Program-made: the position numbers and the translations under genes | Shown here: piece by piece, positions 54,807 through 64,000 of the stretch | Layout of the letters: each line of letters opens with the position of its first letter | Position numbering within the stretch: position 1 is the first letter of the stretch | Notes under the pieces: generated by a model | Database searches by the model: none | Seen by the model: the letters and a program-made list of their open reading frames with translations, nothing else | What the model was told of the DNA's origin: nothing | Origin: Chthoniobacterales bacterium | Lineage (GTDB): Bacteria > Verrucomicrobiota > Verrucomicrobiia > Chthoniobacterales > JACTMZ01 | Assembly: GCA_044359955.1 (NCBI GenBank) | Contig: JBIKLF010000014.1 | Coordinates: 41 to 64,040 of the forward strand | Length of the DNA stretch: 64,000 bases | Reading direction: 5' to 3'

Positions 54807-56117
54807 TTAGCCCGCCATCACCGGAGCCAAAATCGCATCCCGCATCCCGTGCAGGAGTTTTTTATCCGCCGGACAAACCGTGGCCAGCACCCCACCAAGC
54901 TTCGTCTCCCGCTCGCCGCAAAAATAATACGGACACAACCGCACGCGCCCCTTCATCCTTTGTAGCGGCGGTCTATGACCGCCGGTCCCTTTCTCCACAT
55001 AATCCATCTCCATCACCCGCGAGTGATGGAACTTCTGCAAAATCCACGGCCGCGCGTCCCAATCGCCCAGCGCTTCATCCACCGCCCGCGCCCAGTCCTC
55101 GTGCGACAAATCCTGCCCGACCTTCACGCTGCGCGATCCCCACGCCAATTCGGAGAACCCGCTGATCTTCAGCACCAGCTCCCGCTCGCGCTGACTGAAC
55201 TTTTTAAGCTCCTCCCAACTCTGGATCTCCAAGCCCGGATAAACCCCCGTTGGCGGCAGCGGCTGCGGATCCATCAACCACGTCCGCGGGATCACTTTTT
55301 GCAGCGCCACAAAATGTTTTTCGCCCAGTTCACGCCTCCAGAAATCAGCCAACGGCCGCAACCAAAACAGTGCAAACCACAATTTCTCCTCGATCCACGG
55401 CTTGGGCGGCGGCGTCATCGTGCGTTTCCCCTCCGCCACGTCCCGCAGCAAGCCCGTCGCCGCCGGAATGTTCGGCAAATCGAACAACTCGAAAAAACGG
55501 TAAACCGCCCCGCGCAAATCCTCCGGCGGATGCTCCGCCTCCACCACCCGCGACCCGACACGCGCCGCCATCCACTCCATTTCCGGACGGTAATCCGCCG
55601 CCTCGCGCGATATGACAATGTCGCCTCCTCCCGCCAGCGCCCGGAAACCGTCATCCATCCCCCGGCCGCCGGTCACCGCGAACCCCTCGGCCGCGTAAAC
55701 CTCGTTCAACCACGCGGTCAACCCGATCCCGCCCGGCACATTGTCCAACTCCGCAATAATAAAACCGTCCTCCGTCAAAATCACATCCGGACGAATGATC
55801 CGCGGCACCGCATCGGCCAGCGCCTTGGCCCGCGCCAGTTCCACCAATTCGCGCGGCTTCCCGCGATCCAGCAAGTCCGCAATCCACGCCGCCCGCTTCC
55901 CCGACACACTCAGCCGGTAAAGCAGATTGCACGCCTCGACAAATTTGCGCAGCCGGAACCCGAGTTTCTCCAACTCCTCGTCCATCCCCGCCGGGAGCAC
56001 GAACGGCTCCGCCGCCACGCGCCATTCCTTGCCGGCAAACAAACCACCCGGCGGCAGGGCCGCCCGGATGCGTTCCGCCCGGGCCACGCGATCATCTTCC
56101 GTCGCGGCCACGCTCAC
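54807..56117 (-). CDS. Conserved hypothetical protein, possibly ATP-grasp / glutathionylspermidine-synthase-like
   Basis: 436-aa ORF with good GC3 bias. It overlaps the ruvA stop by 4 nt. The C-terminal RLCPYYF....LGGVLATVCPADKKLLHGM block reminds me of GSP-synthase-like ATP-grasp proteins. The function call is weak. Confidence 0.8.
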   Translation of the reverse strand: MSVAATEDDRVARAERIRAALPPGGLFAGKEWRVAAEPFVLPAGMDEELEKLGFRLRKFVEACNLLYRLSVSGKRAAWIADLLDRGKPRELVELARAKALADAVPRIIRPDVILTEDGFIIAELDNVPGGIGLTAWLNEVYAAEGFAVTGGRGMDDGFRALAGGGDIVISREAADYRPEMEWMAARVGSRVVEAEHPPEDLRGAVYRFFELFDLPNIPAATGLLRDVAEGKRTMTPPPKPWIEEKLWFALFWLRPLADFWRRELGEKHFVALQKVIPRTWLMDPQPLPPTGVYPGLEIQSWEELKKFSQRERELVLKISGFSELAWGSRSVKVGQDLSHEDWARAVDEALGDWDARPWILQKFHHSRVMEMDYVEKGTGGHRPPLQRMKGRVRLCPYYFCGERETKLGGVLATVCPADKKLLHGMRDAILAPVMAG

Positions 56118-56716
56118 ACCAATCCCTTCAAAGCCAACCGCACCAACTCCTCCGTCCCCGCCTCCTTGTTTTTCAGCGCCACCTCCCGCACCGACTTGGC
56201 CGCATCGACCTGCCTGTAGCCCAGCGCGATCAAGGCCAGCACCGCATCATTGGCCGCCCGCGCCTCCACGCTCGGCGCCTGGTCTGCGCTGGCCGCTTCC
56301 CACGCCGCCGCCACCCCGAGTTTGTCCTTCAACTCAAGCACGATCCGTTCGGCCGTCTTCTTGCCCAGTCCGCTGATCTTGGAAATCGACGCGATATCCG
56401 AGTCCACCACCGCCGCCTTGAAGCGCATGACATCCATCCCGCTCAGCACGGCCAGCGCCAACTTCGGGCCCACCCCGCTGACCCGCGTGACCAGCAAGCG
56501 GAACAAATCCCGCTCCTCCGGCGAAGCGAAGCCGAACAAAATATGCGCATCCTCCCGCACCTGCAGGTGAGTCAGCAGCCGCACCGGCTGGCCCGGCTGC
56601 GGCAGACGATCGTAGCTGGAGAGCGGGATCAAAACCTCGTAGCCTACCCCGTGAACCTCCACCACCACCTGCGTCGGCCACACTTCGCGCAGGGTGCCAT
56701 CGAGATACGTAATCAT
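56114..56716 (-). CDS. ruvA: Holliday junction DNA helicase subunit RuvA
   Basis: 200 aa. MITYLDGTL......VVVEVHGVGYEVLIPLS, and the HhH motifs GVGPKLALAVLS and ISGLGKKTAERI. Confidence 0.96.
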   Translation of the reverse strand: MITYLDGTLREVWPTQVVVEVHGVGYEVLIPLSSYDRLPQPGQPVRLLTHLQVREDAHILFGFASPEERDLFRLLVTRVSGVGPKLALAVLSGMDVMRFKAAVVDSDIASISKISGLGKKTAERIVLELKDKLGVAAAWEAASADQAPSVEARAANDAVLALIALGYRQVDAAKSVREVALKNKEAGTEELVRLALKGLV

Positions 56717-56721
56717 TGCCC

Positions 56722-57330
56722 ATGACCGCTACCAGACCACGCCGCCGCGGCAAGCGCGCTTTTCTCGTCTTCTTCGGCGTTGCCACATCGGCCCTGGCCA
56801 ACGACGCCCCCGATCCCGGTTGGCGCGTGGTTCTCGTGCCGGCCTTCGAACGCCCCTCCCTGCACGAGAACATCCCCGGGGCGGACACCGCCATCCTTGC
56901 CGTCGCCCGTCCCGGCGAACTGGGCCTCTTCGAATACGCCACGACCCGCGGAGCCATGCGCTGGGCCCGGGATCATGCCGCGAAACATGGCGAAGCCTGG
57001 CTGGCCGCCGCCGACGTGGAGATTCGCCGCGGCAAAGGACGGGTCATCGACCGCATTCTCATCACCGGCGAAAACCCCCTCCTCTCCTCTCTCGTGACAA
57101 CCCCCGCCTTCTACCGCCGCTTCGAACCGCTGCTCGGCACCGGGTTCCATGTCATCGTGCCGCACCGCAACACCATCGCCCTCTACCCGCGTCTGGCCGG
57201 ACGCATCCCGCCGCTTGAAGCCGGGGCCCTTCTTCGAAGCCATCTGATCGCCTCGCACCCGGTCAGCCGGGAGGTCTTTCGCGCAACCCCCGGTGGCCTC
57301 GAGGCCGACGGAATCCTGAGCGAGGAGTAA
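56722..57330 (+). CDS. Secreted hypothetical protein
   Basis: ORF 56716..57330 (TTG), with ATG at 56722. Signal-like RRRGKRAFLVFFGVATSALA. No family recognised. Confidence 0.55.
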   Translation: MTATRPRRRGKRAFLVFFGVATSALANDAPDPGWRVVLVPAFERPSLHENIPGADTAILAVARPGELGLFEYATTRGAMRWARDHAAKHGEAWLAAADVEIRRGKGRVIDRILITGENPLLSSLVTTPAFYRRFEPLLGTGFHVIVPHRNTIALYPRLAGRIPPLEAGALLRSHLIASHPVSREVFRATPGGLEADGILSEE

Positions 57331-57475
57331 ATTTTGCTTGTCCGCCGGGGGCGCGCCGCTATGGTGGCGGGTCGCGCGTCACCAATCGCGCCGTAGGTCC
57401 TTGGGCCCCGGAGCCTCGTCTCTCGGGTCAAACGCGCCAAGGGAAACCCGGCGACACATCATACCAATCAACATT

Positions 57476-58522
57476 ATGCCAGTTCGTCTTGGACGTTTCG
57501 AAATGCCCAAGTCTCTCGTTAAGGACGAGATGACTTCCACCGCCACCTACGCGAAATTCACCGCGGAACCCTTCGAGGCCGGCTACGGCCATAGCGTCGG
57601 CAACTCGCTCCGCCGCGTGCTCCTCTCCTCGCTCGAGGGTGCCGCCATCACCTCGATCCAGATCGAGGGAGTGAACCACGAGTTCCAGACCATTCCCGGC
57701 GTCGTCGAGGACGTCGTGGAAATCATCCTCAACCTCAAGCAGGTCAAATTCAACACCCACGACCACGACACGCACCGCGTCGTGCTCAGCGTGAACAAAG
57801 AGGGCGCCATCACCGCCGCCGATATCGCTTCGACCAACCAGTGCGAAGTCCTCAACCCCAAGCAGCACATCGCCACGCTCGACAGGAAAATGAAGTTTTC
57901 CATCGAGATGAACGTGCGCAAAGGGCGCGGCTTCTCCACCGGCGATGAAAACAAGACAACCGATCAAGCCATCGGCGTCATCGCCATCGACTCCATCTTC
58001 TCGCCCGTGACCCGCGTGAAATATGCCGTCGAAGCCACCCGCGTCGGACAGCGCACCGACTATGACAAGCTCGTGCTCGAGGTGTGGACCGACGGACGCA
58101 TCACGCCCGAGGAGTCCCTGCTCCAATCCGCGGCCATCCTCCGTCACCACCTCGATGTCTTCGTCGGCAACGACGACGCGCAGGTCGAGTTCGATCAGAC
58201 TCCGGAAGCGGTCAGCCAGGAAAACGCCAAGCTCAAGAAATTGCTCAACATGTCGGTCAACGAGATCGAACTGAGCGTCCGCGCGGCCAACTGCCTCAAC
58301 AACGCCAACATCACCACCGTCGGTCAACTGGCCTTGAAGTCCGAAGCCGAGATGCTCAAATACCGCAACTTCGGCAAGAAGTCGCTCAACGAGATCAAAG
58401 ACAAACTCGAAGAACTCCAACTCGGCCTCGGCCTGAAATTCGAGCCCGGCCTCATCGAGGTCCAGCCCGAAGCGGAAAAACCCGCCGGCGACGAAGACGA
58501 GACCAAGGCCAAAAAGAAGTAA
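57476..58522 (+). CDS. rpoA: DNA-directed RNA polymerase alpha subunit
   Basis: Met47 of ORF 57338..58522. GYGHSVGNSLRRVLLSSLEGAAITSIQIEGV.HEF, and the C-terminal domain ELSVRAANCLNNANI..VGQL. Confidence 0.97.
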   Translation: MPVRLGRFEMPKSLVKDEMTSTATYAKFTAEPFEAGYGHSVGNSLRRVLLSSLEGAAITSIQIEGVNHEFQTIPGVVEDVVEIILNLKQVKFNTHDHDTHRVVLSVNKEGAITAADIASTNQCEVLNPKQHIATLDRKMKFSIEMNVRKGRGFSTGDENKTTDQAIGVIAIDSIFSPVTRVKYAVEATRVGQRTDYDKLVLEVWTDGRITPEESLLQSAAILRHHLDVFVGNDDAQVEFDQTPEAVSQENAKLKKLLNMSVNEIELSVRAANCLNNANITTVGQLALKSEAEMLKYRNFGKKSLNEIKDKLEELQLGLGLKFEPGLIEVQPEAEKPAGDEDETKAKKK

Positions 58523-58525
58523 GCC

Positions 58526-58966
58526 ATGAGGCACCAAAACAAGACCGTCAAACTCGGCCGCTCGCAGGCTCACCGCGACGCATTGCTGGCCAATCAGGTT
58601 TGCAGCCTGATCATCCACCAACGCATCCGCACCACCCTGGCCAAAGCCAAGGCGACGCGCCCGCTCGCGGAAAAAATGGTAACCCTCGGCAAAAAAGGCA
58701 CCCTGCATGCCCGTCGCACCGCGACCGCCTATCTGCACCAGCCGGCCGCGGTGAAGAAATTGTTCGAGGAAATCGCTCCCCGCTCGGCCTCCCGCGCCGG
58801 CGGATACACCCGGATTACCAAACTCGGACCCCGCAAAAGCGACAGCGCCCCGATGGCCGTCCTTGAGTGGGTGGACACCGCCACGGTGGAAACCGTAGTC
58901 GAGCCCGCGGCCGAAAAGCCGAAGGCTGCCAAGAAAAAGCCCGCGCCGAAAAAAGACGCCGAGTAA
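58526..58966 (+). CDS. rplQ: 50S ribosomal protein L17
   Basis: MRHQNKTVKLGRSQAHRDALLANQ......I.TTLAKAKA.RP.AEK. Confidence 0.97.
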   Translation: MRHQNKTVKLGRSQAHRDALLANQVCSLIIHQRIRTTLAKAKATRPLAEKMVTLGKKGTLHARRTATAYLHQPAAVKKLFEEIAPRSASRAGGYTRITKLGPRKSDSAPMAVLEWVDTATVETVVEPAAEKPKAAKKKPAPKKDAE

Positions 58967-58993
58967 ACTTGGCGGCCCCGCCGCAATTCACAC

Positions 58994-59036
58994 CACGCCG
59001 CCGCGGCCCGCAAAGCCCGGCGGCGTGTTTCTTTTC
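58994..59036 (+). terminator. Rho-independent terminator after rplQ
   Basis: 10-bp perfect stem CACGCCGCCG (58994..59003) / CGGCGGCGTG (59018..59027), followed by TTTCTTTTCC. Confidence 0.75.
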
Positions 59037-59132
59037 CGCCCTGCAATCAGGCCCCGAGCGCGGCACTCCCTACCGCGTTCCATTGGTCCCCCCAGTAGGG
59101 CACGCTGGCCCCAGCGGGCCGCTGCCCCTCCG

Positions 59133-59351
59133 CTACCGATCTAGCACCGTCACCGGCAAGGAAGCCTCGAACCGGCTATTCGCCGGCGCGCTCACCGCGG
59201 CACCCGCAATCTGCACGATATTCACATCCGTGACCTGCGGCCCCGTCTGCGCATGAGCGGCAGGGACGAGCGTAATATCCCGCCCGACCATGAAGAGCAG
59301 GCAACCGGCAATGACCGTGAGAACAATTTTCGTGTAAGCGTCGATATTCAT
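59133..59351 (-). CDS. Small membrane-anchored hypothetical protein
   Basis: Met93 of ORF 59133..59627: MNIDAYTKIVLTVIAGCLLFMVG then a soluble tail. Weak support. Confidence 0.4.
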   Translation of the reverse strand: MNIDAYTKIVLTVIAGCLLFMVGRDITLVPAAHAQTGPQVTDVNIVQIAGAAVSAPANSRFEASLPVTVLDR

Positions 59352-59385
59352 AAGGGCTCCACCCTTCACAACCCGCCGCAGACCG

Positions 59386-59967
59386 TCAAGACCCGCGCAA
59401 TTCGCGGCGGAGCCATTCGCCCAGGCGCTCGGCGCACTCGTCGACCGACTCCCGCCACGTCCGGGCCGCTCCCTCGTCCGCCGCATCACTGATCTCCTTG
59501 ACCAGCGTGACCGGCAGCCCGAACTGACGCGCCGTGAACGCGACCGCGTAGCCTTCCATATCGACCAGGTCAATCCCGCGACCGACCAACCCCGCTCGCT
59601 TCGCCGCGCTATCGACAAAAAGATCACCCGACCCGAGCACCAGCCCGCTCACCCCCAAGTCGATGGCCGCGCCGAAGTGCTCGCCGGTCAGCCCGAAAAT
59701 CGCCTCGTCATCGAAATCATGCTGCTCGACACGCCCGACCACCTGCGTGCCTTTCATCCCCTCGCGCAAGCTCCCCGCGGTGCCCAGATTGATCACCCGC
59801 GAAGGACGCTGCCGCGCCAAGATCGAGGCCAAAGCCGCAGCCGCACAAACCTTGCCCACTCCCGTAACCAAAACCGGCAAATCGGAGACATGCAAATGCT
59901 GCGCCTCTTCCTCCAGCGCCACGACGAGCAAAGGACGGTCCAACGAAATGGTCTGATGCAACTTCAC
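59386..59967 (-). CDS. PNP_UDP_1-family nucleosidase (MTA/SAH nucleosidase or futalosine hydrolase-like)
   Basis: ORF 59386..60081. LVTGVGKVCAAAALASIL, NLGTAGS, DMEGYAVA. The start is tentatively the GTG at 59967, to avoid overlap with the upstream gene. Confidence 0.8.
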   Translation of the reverse strand: MKLHQTISLDRPLLVVALEEEAQHLHVSDLPVLVTGVGKVCAAAALASILARQRPSRVINLGTAGSLREGMKGTQVVGRVEQHDFDDEAIFGLTGEHFGAAIDLGVSGLVLGSGDLFVDSAAKRAGLVGRGIDLVDMEGYAVAFTARQFGLPVTLVKEISDAADEGAARTWRESVDECAERLGEWLRRELRGS

Positions 59968-59983
59968 GGCGGGAATTGAATCC

Positions 59984-60814
59984 TCAACCCGCCACCAGAT
60001 CAATCCCGTGGAAAATCCGCGCGAGGATTTCCACTCCATGGGCCAAGGATGGCGCCGGCCGCACGAAGAACCGGTCGGCATCCACCGCCATCACCCGGCA
60101 CCCGACCTCAATCAGCGCCGCCTCCCGGGCCGCACGCTCCTCGTCGAAGCCGCATGGTGCGGCGATGACCAACTCCGGCCGCGCCGCCCGCACCGTCTCC
60201 CACGTCGTGCGGACCGAGCGCTCGCCCGCCCGGCCCAACACCTCCTCACCTCCCGCCGCCTCGACCATCTCCGGAATCCAATGACCACTGGCAAACGGCG
60301 GATCAATCCACTCCGCCACGAAAACCCTCAGGCGCCTCTTGCCTTCGACCGCCTGCCGCACCCGCGCGATCCGCTCCGTCATTTCCCCGGCCAATACCTC
60401 GCCCTTTTCGGCCGCGCCCAACTCCCGCCCGAGATACCGCACCGACTCCGCCACCTCGGACAGCGTCCGCGGCCCAAGCGAAATCACCCGCGCGCCGACC
60501 TCGCCCAGATCGCCGCCGGACACCGCACAAACCCGGCAAAGATCTTGCGTGATGATCACCTCCGGCCGCAGCGCCGCCAGCAACTCCCCGTCCACCGCGT
60601 AGAGCGCCTCGCCCTTCTCCACCGCCGCTCGCACCGCCTCATCGATTTGCCGGCCGTCCAAGGCCGCCGTATCAATCCGGCTCGCCGAAACCACCGGCAC
60701 CGCCCGCACCTCCTCCGGCCATTGGCACTCATGCGACCGCCCGACCAAATCCCCCGCCAGTCCGAGATCCGCCACGATCTCCGTCGCACTAGGCAGCAAA
60801 GAAACAATCCGCAT
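59984..60814 (-). CDS. BtuF-like periplasmic-binding-protein fold protein (cobalamin/iron-siderophore binding family), no obvious signal peptide
   Basis: 276 aa. MRIVSLLPSATEIVADLGL, PEVIITQDLC, WIDPPFASGHWIPEMV. Confidence 0.8.
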   Translation of the reverse strand: MRIVSLLPSATEIVADLGLAGDLVGRSHECQWPEEVRAVPVVSASRIDTAALDGRQIDEAVRAAVEKGEALYAVDGELLAALRPEVIITQDLCRVCAVSGGDLGEVGARVISLGPRTLSEVAESVRYLGRELGAAEKGEVLAGEMTERIARVRQAVEGKRRLRVFVAEWIDPPFASGHWIPEMVEAAGGEEVLGRAGERSVRTTWETVRAARPELVIAAPCGFDEERAAREAALIEVGCRVMAVDADRFFVRPAPSLAHGVEILARIFHGIDLVAG

Positions 60815-61004
60815 GACGGAAACCTAAGCCGTATCCATGCAGCCGGAAACGCAATAAAAGCGCGGCTTGGCTCGGTTTTTCCAGGGGGCACGGCCGTCCC
60901 GGCCGTGTTGTCTGATCGTGACGGGCGGGACGCCCGTGCCCCTTGGCCACGTGCCAGCTCGCTCACCAAATAGTTATTTATACCAACGTCCTTTTGCTTT
61001 CCGA

Positions 61005-61103
61005 CTCCCGAGTAACTCGAAGTGTTTTCAGGCAGCGACGGTCATAGACCGCCGCTACAAGTTTTCGTCGAGATGTAGCGGCGGCGTCCCCGCCGTCGGT
61101 GCC
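61005..61103. repeat. Structured interspersed repeat, family 2, copy 2
   Basis: CTCCCGAGTAACTCGAAG..GGTCATAGACCGCCGCTACA..GATGTAGCGGCGG..GTCGGTGCC, colinear with 54464..54561. Confidence 0.85.
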
Positions 61104-61233
61104 CTGCTCGAATCGGCACCGGTTTTGAATTTTCACGGCTAAGAAACCAGCTCTTTCAGGTCAATACCGATAATGACCATACACAGACGGATTTTTTTGC
61201 ATCCCGGCGGGATTTTGTCCACGTTCGGAACAA

Positions 61234-62133
61234 GTGACGTTGTTGCAAAAATCCGCGTTGGAGCAGGCCGCCCCGCTTTGGCAAGGGCTGCAGCGCAACG
61301 ACGAGCTGCCCGGCGAGATGGCTATCGCCGTCCGCGCCGGAGTGGGTCGCACCGTGGTGCGGGGTCTGCTCCGCCATCTGGGCCGCCGCGGGTTTATTGC
61401 CCGCCGGGGAAGGAAGTGGGTCCTCAAGCGTCCGTTGCCGGCGCCACCGGAGGGTGGCATCGACCGGGCCCATGGACCGCGCAGCAAGAAGGATCTGGTC
61501 AAGGAGCACCTCTTGGCCGGGGTGACCGGAGGAGGACTGCAGGCCGGGCAGCGTATTGTCGAACTGGCCGTGGCCCGCGAGTTGGGTGTGTCGACCGCCG
61601 TAGTCCGCGAGGCCCTGCTGGAACTGCGCCCGCTCGGGGCCTTCGTCAAAAAGGAAAGCCGCCATTGGCAAGTGGCTTCCGTTGATGACAAACAACTCGA
61701 AGCCTTGCGGGAATTCCGGGAAATGGTCGAAATCTTCGCCCTGCGCCGCTTGTTCGAACGGCCACGGTGCCCGCTCGTGGCGACCGCCCTCGCCCGCAAC
61801 CGCCGGCGCACCGAGGAACTGCTGGCCAACCGGCGGGCGACCATCCGCGAGATCCTCGCCGTGGATTTGGAATTCCACCGCCTGCTGCTCGAGGCCTCCG
61901 GAAATCCCTTGCTGCCGGAACGCGCCGGCTTCATTTACCTCATCATCGAATTCCAGCTGGTCAGCCCCCACTTCCGGATCGCGAGAGGCAGGTTCGGCCT
62001 GCGCCAGCACCTGCGTATCCACTGGTCGCTGGAAAAAGGCCGGCCTGATCTGGCTGAAAGCGCCCTGCGCCGGCACCTGCAAGCCGCCGACCAGAGCATC
62101 TGCGCCATCGCCCGCCGCATGCGGCGGAATTGA
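61234..62133 (+). CDS. GntR-family transcriptional regulator (winged HTH + FCD-like domain; apparent extra N-terminal wHTH)
   Basis: 299 aa (GTG start). IVELAVARELGVSTAVVREALLEL, then an FCD-like helical domain (LEFHRLLLEASGNPLL). Confidence 0.8.
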   Translation: MTLLQKSALEQAAPLWQGLQRNDELPGEMAIAVRAGVGRTVVRGLLRHLGRRGFIARRGRKWVLKRPLPAPPEGGIDRAHGPRSKKDLVKEHLLAGVTGGGLQAGQRIVELAVARELGVSTAVVREALLELRPLGAFVKKESRHWQVASVDDKQLEALREFREMVEIFALRRLFERPRCPLVATALARNRRRTEELLANRRATIREILAVDLEFHRLLLEASGNPLLPERAGFIYLIIEFQLVSPHFRIARGRFGLRQHLRIHWSLEKGRPDLAESALRRHLQAADQSICAIARRMRRN

Positions 62134-62216
62134 CGGTCGCCTTAAAGCCGCTTCCTGCTCCAATGTTCACCGCAGCCTTGACACGGGCCTGATCGCGAAT
62201 TTCACCCTAAAGCCGC

Positions 62217-63185
62217 ATGATCCCGACACAAAAGCCCCCCCACATCGTTGTCCTCGACGCGGGACATTTGCTCGATGGTGGCCTCGACTGGGGTGACGTG
62301 GCCCGGCTCGGCCGGCTCGAAGTGCACCATTCCACCGCGCCGGCCGAGGTGACAGCGCATGCCGCGGCGGCGCATGTCGTGCTGACCAACAAGACACCGC
62401 TGACCGCCGAAACCATCGCGGCTTTGCCGGACCTCCGGTTCATCGGCGTGCTGGCCACCGGCTACAATGTCGTGGACGCCGCCGCGGCCCGCGCCCGCGG
62501 CATCCCGGTGAGCAATGTGCCGGCCTACGGCACGGAATCGGTCGCCCAGCACGTCTTCGCCCTCATCCTCGAACTTTGCAACCGCGTTGGGGCGCAGGCC
62601 GCCGCCGTGGCGGACGGCCACTGGTCCGCCTCGGGCCAATGGTGCGCGCCGCTCGCCGGCATCACCGAATTGGACGGTCGGTGTCTCGGCATCATCGGAC
62701 GCGGACGCATCGCGCGCCGCGTCGCGGACATCGGCCGCGCCTTCGGGATGCGCGTGATGATGGCCAGCCCGTCGCTCCCGGCCGGAGGTGACGGGTTGGA
62801 CGCGCTGGACGAAGTTGTCGCGGGCGCCGACATCCTTTCTCTGCACTGCCAACTGACGCCGTCCAACGCGAGAATGGTGAACGCGGAGTTTCTACGCCGC
62901 ATAAAAGCGCATGCTTTCCTGGTCAATACGGCGCGCGGAGGCCTCGTTGATGAAAACGCCTTGGCTTGCGCCTTGCGCACCGGCGGGATCGCCGGCGCCG
63001 CGCTTGATGTCCTCGCCGCGGAGCCACCAGCAGCGGACCACCCGCTTTGCGCCCTACCCAACTGCCTAGTCACCCCGCACATCGCGTGGATGGGTCCGGG
63101 CGCGCGGCGCCGCCTCATCACCATCACCGCGGAAAATATCCGCGCCTTCCTCGGGGGAAGCCCGGTCAATGTGGTCAACCCCTAG
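62217..63185 (+). CDS. D-isomer-specific 2-hydroxyacid dehydrogenase (glycerate/hydroxypyruvate reductase-like)
   Basis: 322 aa. GIIGRGRIARRVA, LVNTARGGLVDE, AALDVLAAEP, VTPHIAW. Confidence 0.92.
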   Translation: MIPTQKPPHIVVLDAGHLLDGGLDWGDVARLGRLEVHHSTAPAEVTAHAAAAHVVLTNKTPLTAETIAALPDLRFIGVLATGYNVVDAAAARARGIPVSNVPAYGTESVAQHVFALILELCNRVGAQAAAVADGHWSASGQWCAPLAGITELDGRCLGIIGRGRIARRVADIGRAFGMRVMMASPSLPAGGDGLDALDEVVAGADILSLHCQLTPSNARMVNAEFLRRIKAHAFLVNTARGGLVDENALACALRTGGIAGAALDVLAAEPPAADHPLCALPNCLVTPHIAWMGPGARRRLITITAENIRAFLGGSPVNVVNP

Positions 63186-63200
63186 CCGACCAGCCGAGCC

Positions 63201-64000
63201 ATGCGCATCCTTTTCGCCCCCGACAAATTCAAGGGATCGCTCGGCGCGAGAGAAGCCGCCGCGATCATGGCACGCGGTTGGCGGGCGTCGTGGCCGGAGG
63301 CGGAGACCGTCCTGCACCCTTTGGCCGACGGTGGGGATGGATCACTCGACGTTCTCGAGGCCGCGCTCGGCGGCGAGTGGAGGGAGACCCCGGCCCGCGA
63401 CGCCCGCGGCGTCATCCGGCCTGTCCGCTGGTTGTGGCAACCCACGGAACGCACTGCTTGGATCGAAGCCGCCCGCGTGGCCGGCTTGGCCGGACTGTCC
63501 GCCGACGAACGGCGGCCGGCCACCGCGACCAGCGCGGGACTGGGCGATCTCATCCGCGCCGCCGAACGCGAAAACGCCCGGCGCATCTTCGTCTGCCTCG
63601 GCGGCAGTGCGACCAACGACGCCGGTTGCGGCCTGGCCGCCGCACTGGGTTTCCGCTTCCTCGACCGCGAGGGGGACGAAGTGGAACCGCTCCCGGCCTC
63701 CTTGCCCCGCGTGGCAAAAATCGTGCCGCCGCGGACGCCGACCGGCGCGCAAGTGATCGCCCTCGCCGACGTGCGCAATCCCCTGCTCGGGCCGGAAGGC
63801 GCCTCGCGGGCCTACGGCCCGCAAAAAGGTGCCGACCCCGCCGAGGTCGATTTCCTCGAGGACGCGCTGCGGCATACCGCCGACCTGGCCCGCCGCGATC
63901 TCGGCGCACCCGACCCCGCGACGCCCGGCGCCGGCGCGGCGGGGGGGCTGGGCTTCGGCGTTATGACATTCCTCGGCGGATGCGTCCGGCCCGGATTCGA
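63201..64000 (+). CDS. glxK: Glycerate kinase, 5' part (runs off the window)
   Basis: Hand translation from ATG 63201: MRILFAPDKFKGSLGAREAA...PLADGGDGSLDVL...GGSATNDAGCG...GAGAAGGLGFG. It is absent from the ORF track because no stop lies in the window. Confidence 0.88.
   Translation, partial: MRILFAPDKFKGSLGAREAAAIMARGWRASWPEAETVLHPLADGGDGSLDVLEAALGGEWRETPARDARGVIRPVRWLWQPTERTAWIEAARVAGLAGLSADERRPATATSAGLGDLIRAAERENARRIFVCLGGSATNDAGCGLAAALGFRFLDREGDEVEPLPASLPRVAKIVPPRTPTGAQVIALADVRNPLLGPEGASRAYGPQKGADPAEVDFLEDALRHTADLARRDLGAPDPATPGAGAAGGLGFGVMTFLGGCVRPGF

Noticed and set aside
60815-61233. Cobalamin riboswitch upstream of the BtuF-like gene
   Set aside because: The 5' region is occupied by copies of repeat families 1 and 2, and I could not find a B12-box-like core. 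An Infernal search with the cobalamin model would settle it.
1-64000. CRISPR arrays, tRNA, rRNA, tmRNA, RNase P
   Set aside because: I looked for regularly spaced direct repeats and for conserved RNA cores (T-loop GGTTCGAATCC-like, GGAAAGTCCGG). None was found. The interspersed repeats are not arrayed with constant spacers. A tRNAscan/Infernal run would be the decisive check.

Overview
This is 64 kb of a high-GC bacterial chromosome. Gene content and protein style look PVC/Verrucomicrobia-like, but that taxonomic guess is inference only. About 55 protein genes are supportable. I saw no rRNA, tRNA or CRISPR array.

Core content:
- lepA, acnA, pyk, a sigma-70 factor and comM.
- The tesA / ybbA-ybbP synteny, continued in the same string by a bacterial nitric-oxide-synthase oxygenase gene and an AsmA-like gene.
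- An overlapping GT4 glycosyltransferase + GH130 phosphorylase pair.
- An HME-RND metal efflux operon with two His-rich accessory genes.
- A PAS-GGDEF / histidine kinase / NarL-type regulator module.
- uvrB, holA, mazEF, ruvA and rpoA-rplQ.
- A GntR / hydroxyacid dehydrogenase / glycerate kinase block.

At the left edge an ISKra4-family transposase gene is broken at an A9 run.

The accessory part is about 32.6-44.9 kb and is visibly more AT-rich. It is a decayed type I R-M locus, with hsdM 5' and 3' scraps and a KilA-N gene split in two. RhuM, a DUF1016/YhcG nuclease and a GIY-YIG-DUF4357 nuclease remain intact there. Each block is headed by one of three copies of a ~160 bp leader. The locus runs without intergenic space into SIR2-HerA (a described anti-phage pair), an EcoRI-family N6A methyltransferase and a DUF262(GmrSD-N)-HNH nuclease.

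That six-ORF string, and especially the MTase + DUF262-HNH pair, is my best candidate for something not yet described.

Intergenic regions carry at least two families of structured interspersed repeats. One family has a 20-nt arm inside a coding region.
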